64,000 nt of DNA. Origin: Perna viridis (Eukaryota). Under the pieces are notes generated by a model. That model was not told the DNA's origin. It was given only the letters and a program-made list of their open reading frames with translations, and did not search any database. A program made the translations under genes and the position numbers. Of this stretch, positions 13,669 to 27,708 are shown one piece after another. The DNA is taken from assembly GCA_037379345.1 (NCBI GenBank), contig CM074520.1, forward strand, positions 20,439,488 to 20,503,487. The letters are read 5' to 3'. Position 1 is the first letter of the stretch, and every line of letters starts with the position of its first letter.

Positions 13669-13885
13669 ACCGAGGCTCCATTCCTTGTATTACACATGGT
13701 AGAACCTCTCAGTGATGGATTTACCTTCCTATTCGATTTTTTTTTGTTGGTTTGGAGCACTTCTTATATACAATTGATTTTGGGATTTAGGTTTTCCTAC
13801 GTATTTGATTTTATAACTGCCGATGAGGGGTAACTCCTTAGGGCACGTGTACAGCATATCGCAATATAAATTATTGGTATTTTTT
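13669..13885 (+). mobile_element. Second Penelope-like family remnant with decayed hammerhead core (copy A)
   Basis: TEAPFLVLHM (RT TEAPFLDLHL-like motif), then GTGATGGATTT...TGCCGATGAGGGGTAACTCC...CAGCATATC; homologous to 33351-33545. Confidence 0.55.
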
Positions 13886-14788
13886 TAGATTTATTTCAGA
13901 CTTTGATTTTGAGACGTGCTTTTCTATTTTCTTATCCCGTATGTGTTGCTTATTTGCCACATTTGACATCGCCAATGAAAGTATATTATTTTTGAGAGTC
14001 GTTTGGTATTATTGTATAAGAGATTGTATGAATGCAAATTATCGTCAATAAACTAAATATACATTTTGTAAAGTAGTTTTTAGATCTTATCGACTCTATT
14101 GTTAAGACAAGTTTGATATGTTTAGAATATGGAATTACTTGTCCCCTGCCGAGTGCATGGCACACATACGAAAAACTTAGCTCTGTATCAACGTTGTTTT
14201 CGAAGCAAACGCGCTAAAAATAGTTTTAGTGGAAAAACAAGGTACACATGAATTATCATAATATAGGTTACTTCACATATGTCACACCTCATAACACATC
14301 ATCAGTGGGAGCGCAAAGTTGTTTATCTTTTATTTATTCATTATGACCTCCGCTCCTTCACCTTTGTTTCCACTTAACGATAGAAAGTTTACTCTGGGAA
14401 AGCCAAATATAGCTTCCATAGTTAATCCAATAATTCTATAATCATTTTCATACTATCGTGTTGATCAAATCTATAAAATATTTATGAAGTACTTGATTAT
14501 GTAATAAAATACTAAAGACTTAGTTATTATTACCTCTGATTATATATTTATGTGGTATAAATGTCTTCTCAGCTCGGTAACTCTCTGTTCTATATAGTTG
14601 TATTGTTCGTGCAAAACAGACACACTATACTTAGGGAAAGTCAATAGTGGTGTGTACATGTAACCGATACTCAACGTGGAAGATTTTGGATTTTATGTTA
14701 AGGTAAAGGCTTATTTTTATACCTATTTCAAATCGGGAAACTACCTCCGCATGAAACTCTTTAGTTAAAACGTAAAGAGCTTTCATTA

Positions 14789-15033
14789 CACAGGCAAATA
14801 CTGTTCACGTAAAATTCATATGAAGCAAATTTTTCAAGAAATTTGCACGATATTAATATGAAAATTCATGTTATTGTACGTGAAATTCGTTTATTATAAA
14901 TTTCATGTGTACAGTTTATATGGAATTCATGTGAATTATCGATTAACACTAATTTCACGTGAATTCTGTCGCGAATTTTACTTACTCAAATCAGGTTAAA
15001 GTCATTTGAAATTCATGAAATAATTTTACTGTG
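14789..15033. mobile_element. MITE with CACAG..CTGTG termini and internal TTCACGTGAA-like repeats
   Basis: ta|CACAGGCAAAT ... ATTTTACTGTG; about ten degenerate (TT)CA(C/T)GTGAA motifs inside. Confidence 0.55.
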
Positions 15034-18000
15034 TCACTATTAACTCTACTGCTGTAAACTAAAAAGATAAGTAGTGCATAAGCATACTGATACTTTAACC
15101 ATAACAATATAGTGCAATCTTCCCTGTTGTGTCGTAAATCTTATCTGATTATAGTCAAACTAAAGTGTTAAAATAGAAAAGACTAAAGACGCATAAAACG
15201 TTCATCGTAACAATAAGGACGATTTAAGCTGATTCAGGATTATTTCAATATTACGCAATGACTGCCACACTTAACAAATACGAGATCAAATACTTGATGA
15301 CCTTCAGATAAAATCAAGGTGTCACCTCTTTGATCTTAATGCATTTTATCTGCATAGGATGTTCACTGATTATGCAGTAAGCATCATACCCCAATGTGGT
15401 TGGTCTTGCATTAGCTTCCATAGATGGTTATTTGCCAATATTGTACACCGATCAACAAGTTTTCATTGAGAAATAATATGAAGGGCTCAACCCCAATTTA
15501 CAAAAGAGTTTTCAACTTTTTTGTTTGAACTGAACTATCAGTTGTTAATCTTTTTCTATCTTGACAATGTTGTTATCCTTTAAGTTTATGGTATCTTTTG
15601 TTTGACCATAAATAACTTTACAATATGAATACTGTTGTTATGATGGACTCCTTCAATGCAGACCTCCTGGATAGTTCAGAAAATTTACACCCAATTCATT
15701 ACAGTAATTTTAACATGCAATAGGTGCAACAGTGCAATACATGTACAAATTATTATCAACTTTAGCAACGGACTCTTTTAGTGTCTACATTGCTATGAAA
15801 CCAAGCACAAATTGATGCTGGGTGACCATCGTCACGTCGCATCTTCTTTTATTTTGCTTGGAATGACTCACTATGACTCGTGATAAACTTTTCTTCTGTA
15901 TTTTAACACACACGATAAAAGTGGGTGCTTTCAGAAATGCAGAATAAGTCTTTCTGTATTCGGCGTACAGAACCTGATCAATGACTATAACACAGTCAGT
16001 TGAAGTTTTAGAAAATTCCCCTTTTTTCTTTGGGAGGTGGGGGCGGTGGGTTATATTATGTTCCGTTTGATTACCGTTACTTTATCGTTGTCCTTTACTT
16101 TTGAATTTTGTTAATATAAGCATACTGTTTACTTCGTTCTGTTGTCTTTATTGTTAATGGAGGGTTTTTTGCTATCTGTCACATTTGTACTCTTTTAAAT
16201 GCATCACATACCACTACACTTACATTTAATGACTATAACTAACCCCTTTCTATTAGGCTTCCCTAAACATAAATACACAAATTTAATTGACGGTATTGCT
16301 CATGTACTTTTGCAAATATTTGGAGATGGTTGCTTTAAGATAAATTGAAAAAAAATTTTTGCACATTTATCTTGTTTTTGACACTCAAACTGTTAAATAA
16401 AATTATTCATCGTGGTTGCTGGCGATGAATTTCAGACAATATCTTATTTGTTAAATGTTTTGTTTTCTGCATCTGGAAACCTGAGGGACATTCTCAGATA
16501 TTTGTCATAATTATGTTAAGCAGTGATTTCATATTTGTATAAAAACAAGGTCGTCTTTTGCCTCCCATACATGACGCTTTGCAAACTCTATTTCAACCAA
16601 GCTGTACAGGAAAGAACGACCAGTCGTACTATTTTGTTACGGGCATCACTGCAGCACTAGACAATAGAACTAAAGCAACGCTAATGTATACAATTGCATC
16701 TTCATAGACTCCGAACTTGTATATTCATCTGGACTACTTTTAACTCCATAAAGGAACTAGGCAACTCCCGCAAAGTATAAAACATCGAAATTAAGATAAG
16801 TTTTGAGTTATTAAGATTCAGCTCGTAATGAATCATTGCATTTTATATATTTGGAACACATGAAATAACTGCCAAATGCCCTCGTACGATATTTTAGATG
16901 GGTACCTTGTTCTTTCAAATTGGAGTTGTTCCAACATAGCTAAAGCAGTTCTATAGTCAGTAAACGAGTTTACGTCGACGAGTGTTAGGGTCGTCCATTA
17001 ATGCAAAATACCGATATGATTCACATAGTCAGGCCTCGGAGGTGTAACAAGCTAAAGTAAACACCATTAGTGAATTACACATGTTTAAACTGTTCAGGAT
17101 GAACTTTTTTCTGGGTTATGAAAAATAATTGTTCTTTCTAGTCGAGTTGCAGCTTACGAAAAGTAGTTCAAATTCTCCGTTGGTTAGAAAATGTTTTATG
17201 AAATGATTGACTTCATAGTTAAAAACAATTCAACCTTACTTGTTGCGTAGATCTTTAGTTTCAGTTTTTGGGGCTTAATTTCGGAAGTTCGGTGTTTTTG
17301 TAACGACTTTTAATTAGTCTTGTCTTATCTTTCTAATGCTTTTGAACATTCAAATCGTGAATGTGGTTCTATTTAGCCGTGTAGTTCTTGTTCTAATAAC
17401 TACTAAGAATCTTTATTTGATATTTGGCATAAATATGGATATTGTAGGTGTTCTCTGGGGTCATTTGTTGGAGATATTCGATAGTTCTTTTAAATCTTTT
17501 GTGTCACTCGACAACATTTTGGTTCTTTCTACATTTTTTTATCCATTTTACTACCTTTACTCTTACTCTTAACGATTTGTAAGGAAGAGGTGGCTATAGC
17601 AGCAATGTTCATGGCGTTGTATATTGCCAAGGGATGTATGGTGCTGTTTTCAAGGTTGATCGATTTATGTGAGTACGACAAGAGCTAACCTGTTTATTTG
17701 GTGAAAGCGTAGACGGCTATTGTAAGCTTCTTTCTTTGACTATCTATGTTCGTATGATGAGTCAACTCAGGTTATAAGATGCTCTAAGAAAATTAGATAC
17801 CTCGTGTATCTTAACTACAGCCAAATATGAACACGAGTATCGATTGCTGCATATAATGAATGACAATTTACCCATTCTCTCCATTCCCATTAGCTGATTT
17901 AAACAAATGTTTGTTTTAATTGCTTCGACAAGCAAACACAGAGACCCAAAAGCCTGAACGCCGAGCGTGAGACCTTTATGTATTTTTGAAGGTCTTCGGT

Positions 18001-19089
18001 GGTTTGAGTCATATTTACATGACATGCTACAAGCACATTGCTGTTCAAATAGTGCAACTTTCAGAGATAAATATTTAGTACAATATTAAATCAAGCATAC
18101 TATTTGTTTTGGTTTGTTCTAGTGCAGTGATTGATCTTTAGTTTTCATTATCAATATATGCAAGCATTTTCTATGCGTTATACTTCTTTTGTGTAAAGTC
18201 AGTTGTTTTTGGATTTGCAACCTGGTTCTAGTATCTCCATTTCTATTCATATATACGTTATTGAATCTTGCGTCTCTTTGGTCAAAATTCCTTTGGCTTT
18301 GTGCAACTCGAAAACAAAAGAAGAAGTCAAGTTATCTTCGGGCGTTGCCCTTATAAATCGTATGCAACTAATGAAGCAAGATTATTCGATCAGCAGCCAT
18401 AGCATAGACAACAATGAAAACCAAAGATTACCTTGGCTGCCCATGTATGTTCCACTGTTTTTGCTCATACTTATAGTTTTGACAGTTCACTCGTCCGTTC
18501 TATTCCATCTGATTGTATACACCATACCGTTTCCACACCGTTTCTTTCAATCAAGACGGTGTGTTAATTTTTTATGTCTTATTGTTTTAGAACATATGAA
18601 TATTGTTCATATTCAGTGGTCAATTTATTGTTTCGCTCAAGCAAAAACAGATTTTATCATGATATCCAACCGCCATCTTGCAAATACTAAAGTCCAGAAT
18701 GCAATTCTGTGTCCTGAATTAAAATACCTTGAAATACAACCTTGAGTGCATCCGTTTATATGTAACTTTGCACCCACCAAGGTCACAAGTTTGAGTTGTT
18801 GAAGTTGCTAGTTACACGGGGGAATATTAGATTAGTTCGTTTAAATCGTGAAAAGGAGGATATTAATTATTTGAAGAAACAAATAATTTTGTTTCTAGTT
18901 GATCATTAAATAGAATTCCATTAGAGGCCTTTAAAATATGGTTTGTACCGAATTTCCTGGTTAAAGACATACATACATATATAATCTACTTCCTGGTTTC
19001 GCGAGGACTACCATTTAGCTAGGGACTTTTTGTTTACTTCGTTTGAGTTTCATTTTAATTTGCTTGTATAAATGACTTTTAAATCTATA

Positions 19090-19264
19090 CAGTGGTAGAT
19101 CCAGAAGGTCCGGAGTTGGACCCCTCGTTAGGCACATTTTGTTTATGTAGCGAGAATTATTTTTTGTCTGTAACCCCTCCATCTCTATTTATCTGCACAT
19201 CCTTCTGTTAAAATTAAAATACCCATAAACAAGTCTCCCTGCTTTTTTCAAATTTCCGCCCATG
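19090..19264. mobile_element. CAG..CATG MITE with 5-bp TSD (hAT-like)
   Basis: ctata|CAGTGGTAGATCCAGAAGGTCCGG ... TTCCGCCCATG|ctatg. Confidence 0.65.
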
Positions 19265-21438
19265 CTATGATATTTTGGTCCCTGATTGACTTATTAGTAT
19301 GTGCATGACTAAACCTGCTATGGTCACAAAACCGTCGTGTGCTTTTTAAAACTGTTTTAACTTAGTCCTTAACTCTAACCGTACCAAAACGAACCGTGAC
19401 TAAACAGCTGCTTCGTAATGAATATTTGCCATAAACTTGTTTACGGGTATTCTAAGTTTAACAGAAGGATGTGCAGATTTTACAAACAGATAGCCAATTT
19501 AAATGGATGTTCTTATGTTTATAGCCACGTTTTAACGAGTGTTTGTGGTTATTTATGGAAAAGTGTGAAAGATGACATGTTGGGAATAGTATTTTGGCTC
19601 CATTTAATAAATGACATGTATATTTTTTTCAAGTTTAGTGTGAATATCATGTTTCATAAACAAACTTGTTTATTTACCTTTTAATACGTAAATGTAGTAG
19701 TTCAGTAAATATGTAGTTAATTAGAAGATTTGATGGAGACTTAAGAATTTTGAAACGCCTTTTTGATGTTGTTAATAGGGTTTCATTTTTTCTCTTAGAA
19801 CGGAGTAATAAGTGAAATGGCAGTTTAAAATAGCTTCTGTTAGTGTGATAACTATCATAAACATGTATTACATAATGTATTACATAAATTAGATTAATTT
19901 GAAACTTTCAGTTTTCTGAATTTCCGATGTGTTCCATTATATTGATGACGTTGATGCTGTACAGCAATTGGTAGAAGCAGAAATATTGCTGACTGATTTA
20001 TTAAGTTATATCAGACAAGTTGTCATTTTCTACAAAGCTTCACGATTTCCAAATGGTTATGTCCTGATGATTTGTGGCCTGAACTATTCAAACCACATTT
20101 GAATGTATCAAATGAGATCACAACTCTGATTGCCCGTTGACTTATAAGACACCATTAGCCCGGAAAAGCTTTAAACGAACCATCCATTCACGGACAAACA
20201 GCTTTGAATGATTTTTGTCCCACATTTTAATGGAAAGACATTAAACTTTAGTCTCGAACAGGTGCGCATCAATTATCGTATATGTCAATGTGCCGTTTAT
20301 GGCATTGAAAAAATGTCCTTTATAAAATGGTTTCCGATTTCAAATGAACGTTAATTGTTGAGTAAAACATGTAATTTGTGGCGATTTATATGTAAGTTGT
20401 AAGTTGTATCATTTTTATTCATTTGTACTTTAAATAAAAGTTACTTATTTTCTGCTGAATCATTCTGATCAAATGTTTATCCAGTCAATGGACAAAATTG
20501 TTCGTTTACATGCTGTGATGGTTAACAAAGCAAAGTTATTGAGATATAGTTATTTTTTTAAGCTGAAGCATGAGTAAATTGTGGGAAAATACATATTATC
20601 CTTGAAGCAGTGGAAATATTGCGAGATACAATGTATGTGTGTAAAACTGGCGATTTCATCGAGGATCAATGATACATGTATTAACCGAACCTCTTCGGAA
20701 TTGGGGATTTATGGTCAAAGTTAAAGCGTCCAGAAACTGATAAAATTTACTTTAAGTGGTATTTGTTTCGATCTTTCCTCAATTCATGTCATGTTCGGTT
20801 CTAAGGTTTATTGTAATGGCGTGTAACATACAACTTATTTGTATACCCACATGGACAAAATAAATTGAAAGTTTATAACAGAAGTATCACTAAATAACTG
20901 AGTTTATTTTTCGCAATACAAAAAAAAACTAACAAACAAAAACAAAAACCAAACTATGAGAGAAAAGCTTCATGTGTCATTATACTAATTCTAATTCGCA
21001 AAACTTCGCAAAACTTAGTCGCCAAGAAAATTGACATTTATAGCTTATAGTAGAGAATTTAACACATTTAAGTGAAATCTTTCGGTAGCGATTCAACTAA
21101 GATACAGATTAGTACTGATAAAATTAAATGATCTCCTGATAGTATCCGGGAATATCGTTTTATATTGAAATATTTGTTAATATGGGAGCTTCCCAAGGCT
21201 CATGCTACTGACTAAAGTCAATAGTGTTTATAATACGTCGTAACGATGAAGCCGTGTCTAGGGGGTCGTAGGTGAAGAGCAGGCATCCCTGTTCTTCGTA
21301 CATATCTCTTGCTTAGTTTATTCTACAATATGATAATACTTCAATGAGACAGGATTAATTCGTGGACACAACTTAAGGGGTCAAGGGACAATGAACTTAT
21401 AATATATTCTCTTGATCATAATTTGGCTGTAAACTATA

Positions 21439-21464
21439 CCTAGACCACTCGACCATCAAGGTCC
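21439..21464 (-). mobile_element. tRNA-derived SINE head fragment
   Basis: Minus strand GGACCTTGATGGTCGAGTGGTCTAGG contains a Pol III A-box; no B-box or cloverleaf follows. Confidence 0.35.
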
Positions 21465-24215
21465 TTTGCTTAGCCGGAACAAATTAAGATGAAAGTAAAG
21501 GATAGGCTGAATTCATTAATGTGTGTCATTGTGTATTAATTTAACAATAAGATATAAATGATAAACGGAAAGCGGCTTTATTCATGTGTTGTACAGTGTG
21601 TAATCATAATAAAAAAAAGGATCTGATATGGTGAAACGCAACAAATGTACCATCGTTTAACCTTTACGAAAAAAATACTTAATATTTACAGAGATCACCA
21701 AAAGGTCTTCAACAAGTGTACACACATCTTCAAGTAAGCGCTGAAGGCCCTGACACCAAAAGTTATAAAACCCACGGTAACGTCCTGAGAACGATGACAC
21801 CACCTCAAAATAAGCGAAGAAGTCAAATAACTGCACGAAAACACATTACTGACCAACATCTCCTTCCGTTTGAATGTTTGCATGTCTGCGGTGGGGTAAA
21901 AGTCATTCAGTTGTGTCAAACGGTAATCTAATTTAAAAAATAAATACATGTAATTTTGGCGCGGTTAAAAATCTACTGTTAGCTCCTGACGGTACTTTCG
22001 TAGAATATTTTTGACCCAACAATGGAAGGGAGACACTGGGTACACATGGGTTTCGAAGCTGATTAATTCAGAAATATACAGTCATCATATATAAACCTTT
22101 TTTTTCGTTTTTTTTTTAACTGCGGGATAGTCGATGAGCATGCGCGACATATGTTTACGAAGTAGATTTTTGGGAGAACAAAGATTTTTTATGGCAGTCG
22201 TATAAAATAAGCATGCACAAAGACTACTCCGCACTTAAAACAAGTGGGTATATTTTGGTTTTAGTTAGACAGTCATTCGTTGTATAGTCTCATCCCAGAT
22301 GTCTGTTTGTTTTGAAAACCGAGACAGTCATGCGAGAATGTGGTTTCCTGTGTTCAATGACAAGTCCAGTAGTTTTAAATTTGATACCTATTTTCTCCAA
22401 TATTTTTGTATGATTTTTACCATTATGACAGATGTTATTGACTTCCAAAGGATACTTAAGATAATATCACTAAAGATTGTCCAAGTGAAAAAAATATAAA
22501 ATCATCTCACTAGGGTCATTTGATACGATATTGTCTATGAAAGCATTGGAATTGTAAAATTTACGGTAATTGTTCAGAACCTGATATACACTTTTGGGGG
22601 TATAAGAATGATATTCTAGACCAAAGGTCACTCCTAAATGTTTCTAATTGGTTTAAATTTCAGTAATAATTCATAAATCACTTATTTTTTTAAATGTTCC
22701 ACCGGCAGGCTTTACGCTAGACAAGTACACAGTAAAATTAAGTCCCAGTGTCGGCCTTTTTGTAATGATATTTATCATTAATTAGAAAAAGCTAAGTGGA
22801 CCGTGAATGATAAAACCAAGATACGAAATTGTAAATAAATTCCAACAGTTTTATAGCTTGTAGAAATTTTATGAATGACGTTGCTTGAATGTCCACGAGG
22901 AGATATGAATATGTTGTGTATTTCAAACCACGTTTATTGCCCCAGGAGCTCTTTGGTTATCATTTGGACGACAAATTTATGAGGAACACATTAAAAATTA
23001 GATGTAATCGTTAAAAACAATAAGATTATGATAAATCATGACCTGGATAGAAAATATGTAAAACTAAATTAAGAAGGACAAAATAGATATGATTCAGAAA
23101 GGGGGTTGGCTGCTGAGTCTGAAACCTAATAAGTCACTAGTGCCCCAGGTTGACATAACCAGACACTTACACTTGGTATTCGTGCAGACTTACTACATTG
23201 TAAATGATTGCACGTGTTCTGGTCGTAATTTCGGCATGTATATAATAGTTCTTAATATTTTTCATGCAAAATGAAAATAACCGTAAAATAAACCTTTAGG
23301 TACACAACATAGTGGCATTTCATTTTTGGTAAGACGCCAATTAAAAGCGTCCTTGAGAACTTCAAATGTTTTATGCTTTGTTCAGTATTGGGATGGTCAT
23401 ATGTTTACGCTATTTATTACGCGATGTACTAATCGAGAGAAAAGATCGACCATCTTGCATTTTGTCAAGAAGTAAAAATTAATTGTAAGAATACTTAATC
23501 TTGCATCCAAATGAAAGCTTTATGACATCACTACTAAATTTGAATCATCACATTAAATATGAAATATGCAATATATATATATATTTCTTAAAAACTCATT
23601 TCTACCCACATTGACATGTATCATTAGATTACTTGTGCACACCTCCTCCACAAACAAATTAATAAAATTGACATGTTAATATAAAACGCTTGAATTTCAT
23701 GTTTATACATTCAATTTGGTTTATTTATCTACTAGTTTCCTTCTTTTCCCACTACCGTGTACAACACCTATGCATTGGAACATTACTCTCCACTTTACAT
23801 CCAATATGAGTCACAAATCTGTAAAAAAAGATAGATTCGCGTTGGTGTTGATTTTACATAACATCGCGGAGCTATACATATTTTGTATATTTATTTTGAC
23901 AAGTGATTAGGAATGAAACATGAGGTCAATAAGATTGGTATCAGCAATTATATTTATCTGATAAAAAGAAACAATTTTAACAGGTTTTTATAACAATCAT
24001 TGTTTCTTGCATAATTTCATTTGATCTTCGAACGCTCGTGGCTGTTTTTCAAATACCAGAAAATCACAAACCACGGTTGCCAACGTCATAATTGACCTTC
24101 GACGTTTTCCCATTTTTTTATATCTTTTTTAAAAATTTTAATCGTTTGTGAAAAGCACTCACTTCATTTTAGCACGACAGCTTTTTTCCATTCAAATACA
24201 ATATATTTTTATGCC

Positions 24216-24375
24216 TGTAGTGTAATAAGCTGCCGAAGTAGATTGTTCGTATGGGTCTACGGTTACATGTAGTGTAATAAGCTGCTAAAGTAGACTGTTC
24301 GTATGGATCCACGGTTATATGTAGTGTGATAAGCTGCTGAAGTAGACTGTTCGTATGGGTGCACGGTTACATGTA
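24216..24375. repeat. 52-bp tandem repeat x3
   Basis: TGTAGTGTAATAAGCTGCCGAAGTAGATTGTTCGTATGGGTCTACGGTTACA-type units start at 24216, 24268 and 24320. Confidence 0.95.
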
Positions 24376-24786
24376 AATATTTATTTCAAGTGAAGACTTT
24401 AAAACGACCCTTTAGATCTACGATAGATCTACAAACTCATTTTTCATTGTGTTGGATCGTTGTGTTAACTCAAATTCGTAGTTTCGGCTTGATAGCAGAG
24501 CGATGACCATTATTTTCTATGCACATTATTTTGACAAATTTTCACACCCTCCTTTTCAGTATAACTACAATCCAAGGTCATAAAAGTACTATGAGGCACT
24601 ACTTTGTGATTGTGTGAAATATCCTAAACCGGGCAATATAATAGAATTTCACTCAAATTTATGCATGAAAATTTTGATGAATACGAAAGTTTTCAAATAA
24701 TACAACAATCCATGAAATCAATTGCCAGGGTTTAAATGAAAACCGATACGATTTGTATACGTGAAACGACAGTAAACAGTTATTTA

Positions 24787-25186
24787 CAGTGAAATCTGTT
24801 CAAACCGAACCCTTTATAAAAGGCTTTGAAATTTGTTCGATTTAAGGAGGTAGAACCTAGGGTAATGGACTTAACTCTTAAATTTGGCGATATGTTTTTA
24901 TCTTATTCAAATTCACCAAAGTCTATCGAGATTTCATTTGAAACAAAATGAAATCAGTCCAAGTTACTTTGTTGCTTGTAGAGATTGAAGTAAAATGCTG
25001 AATACAAACATTCCAATGATTTGTAAGAGTTGTGTCCCTTACCCTGGGTCTACCTCCTTAAACATGTGTTTGTTTTACCCAAGCTCAAAATATGGAAAAT
25101 GTACTTTGTTATAAAGGGTTTAAAAAAATGTCTGGTTTAAGCAGGTTTTCGGATTAATCATGTTTTGGTTTAAACAAGTTTTACTG
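24787..25186. mobile_element. Tc1/mariner-type MITE (TA target duplication), interrupted by a nested element
   Basis: ta|CAGTGAAATCTGTTCAAACCGAAC ... TTTTGGTTTAAACAAGTTTTACTG|ta, with internal GGTTTAA(A/G)CA subrepeats. Confidence 0.75.
24846..25057. mobile_element. Kolobok-type MITE nested in the Tc1/mariner MITE
   Basis: ttaa|GGAGGTAGAACCTAGGGTAATGGAC..AACTCTT ... AAGAGTTGTGTCCCTTACCCTGGGTCTACCTCC|ttaa; GG..CC termini and TTAA duplication. Confidence 0.85.
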
Positions 25187-26050
25187 TAGTAAAATCATGA
25201 ATATAGGAGACAGTAAAACAGTACTGTGACCGGGCTGGTATTTTTACAATTGTAGAAACATTTTTGTTAATATATATATTTTTCAGACCTTGCTTTATAT
25301 GGATTCGAATCCTACAGTCGCATAGATATATCATTCAAAAACATGTTAACAGTCTCAGATTTTATTGGCTTGTTTTTGTTTGATTTTCGGACCCTGGGTT
25401 TCTGGAGCATAGGGGAATGAACTTAGCTACATAGTGGTCGCTTTTATCCTGTAGAGACTGATAATGCTATCATGTATACTGCCGGATGTAAGGTTTCAAC
25501 CTTAGCTGTTATGGACATGTTTTTTGTTTGATTCCCGGACTCAGGATTTAGATTTCCTGTGCTCTGATGCAATAAACGTGGCTATTCACCGGTCACCTTT
25601 ACCCTGTATAGAACTTGCATGGCCGACATATCTATTTTTGTACCCATATTGTATCATGTTTGCTAGAACCCAATGCTCCGCTGTCCTTAATCCATTAAAT
25701 AACCATGTTATTGTTTTTGTTTGTACATCAGATTTAATTGACGACGATCCTTTGACTTGTGTCTATAAAGTAAATGTTATTTGTGCGTTTTATTAATTCA
25801 TCTTTTCATTGAACCAGCTGAAATTGCTTGTTAGGAAGGCTATAGTTCGAGTTACATTGCTATGCTGTCTGTAATTTGTTTAACTTGCGCAGCTAAGATG
25901 TGTGAAACTGGCCAAAACTGTACCAATTTAAGGTCGTCTTTGTATTCGGGTAGTGGAAATGATTTTCTTTGGGATGATGGGTTTGGCTAAAAATGGAAAT
26001 TAGATCACCGAGTAATCCAGTCTACCGTTCTGAATATCATCTTTAAGGTC

Positions 26051-26133
26051 ATGTATGTTTTCCGTGTCTGGTCTTTGTCCCTGGATTGCATTCTTTTGAT
26101 TACCACTATAGCCTTGGTTCCCTTGATTACTCT
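26051..26133 (+). mobile_element. 5'-truncated copy of the Penelope-like 3' repeat
   Basis: TTTTCCGTGTCTGGTCTTTGTCCCTGGATTGCATTC...CTTGGTTCCCTTGATTACTCT. Confidence 0.8.
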
Positions 26134-27708
26134 TGTCTAAGCGGTACTGTAACAGTACTACGTCCAAAATAGGTACATGTAACCTCCATTAATTCAATGT
26201 ACCGTTCCATAAGTGGTCCATACGTGGTCCATTAGTACAGGGAGGAAAATCTTAAACTGAATGGATTTCGTCAGTGGCCAAATTTGCATGTAATGAAATT
26301 GTTAACGATACTGTCTAAAACAATATATGACACAAAAAATGAAGGCCACACACACACCGATTATCACGACAAGAAAGTGCATAACAACTTTGAAGAACTA
26401 AACATAGAACTATGTTGGCATTGATATACAACCTCCTTGAATGAGATACTCAAACTTCACACATTTTATGCGTTTAAAACAAGAGAAATTACTATATTAT
26501 AATACTTTATTAACTCTTGTAATCTCCGTAAATCATGGCATGGGGCCTATACAACTAGGATGAACGAAATGTGTATTTGAATCATTGATACAATATAAGT
26601 GTCAACATTATTGTTAGTTCAAAGGAATCCTTGTCGTTTTGTTCTCTTCCTAGTCTATAAACAATCCAATCGGGGTCATACAAGTGTTTGTTTTTATTTT
26701 AGTTATGGCCGAAGTTGATCTCGCTGTGGGTCATTTTTTGGTTTTTGCGTGGTCATCCAATTTTGGTGTAAACAAATTAAGCTAGGTAAGGAGTACTTTA
26801 GTCATGTTGTTCCATTTCACTGTAAAAATAGTTTGAGTTACCGCGAGGAATGAGTAGGGTAATTCTTTCAATATCAACGAACTTGTTATTCACCGAAAAC
26901 ATGTGAACCCCTTTAATAACAATATATATATAATGCATGGTATAAAATACAAGTTGCACTGTGATCTCAGATTTTTGCACTGATGTTAAGCTATTATGAA
27001 CCCACATTCCAATGACCATCATTAAACGTTTCACAATGGTCATTTTAAAACCATTTACCTACTCAAATACTCCGAACACTAAGGGTTACTTCAAGTGTTT
27101 ATTTATATTTGTAACTTGTGGGCTAATAAGAATTTCCATAAGTACACCTTTGCCAATCGTCAGGCTATTTAGATCTCACTTTGCTGTACAGGAGTATAGC
27201 GCGTTTAATAACATATTTTTCTTTTATACTGTATGATTGCAGCAGAAGACGTACTTCTACAACTCTGTCAAGAGATGCAGTTGTTACTCATTTTCGCCGA
27301 TGTTAAAATGTAGAAATAATACCATTCAAATCCAATGTCAATCTTAAGCCTATAGGCGTTACTGTGAAATAAATGGAGGTGACTTATGCATCCAGTTGCT
27401 TACAGTCAAACTCGGCACTTAATATAAATTTGCAAACTAAGCCGATTCGAGATTTTCCTTTAGTATATTCTTTGTAGATAACACAGAGGCGTAGTGCGGT
27501 AAATAAATAGTAATTCTTTTGGTTATAGTTATAGGACAGTCACATGGTTAAAGCTATTATGTTTTTAATTTAGTACTTTTTAATCATTTATTGTAAGTAC
27601 ATATGTACTAACCCCTAGATACTTAAAGACTTACCTTAAACATTATGAAAGCTTCATACATGTATAGTATAGTTATCTAAATAACGAATTTTATATGAAA
27701 CTGATGGA

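Noticed and set aside
16549-16707. Peptide GRLLPPIHDAL...VTGITAAL resembling transposase or recombinase motifs
   Set aside because: Catalytic residues are absent and the similarity is too short to support.
18203-18745. 180-aa ORF, the longest in the track
   Set aside because: Non-ATG start, no recognisable domain, composition typical of AT-rich non-coding DNA, no splice context.
21692-21931. Slightly GC-richer open frame after tttacag
   Set aside because: No homology recognised, weak polypyrimidine tract, no consistent donor or partner exon.
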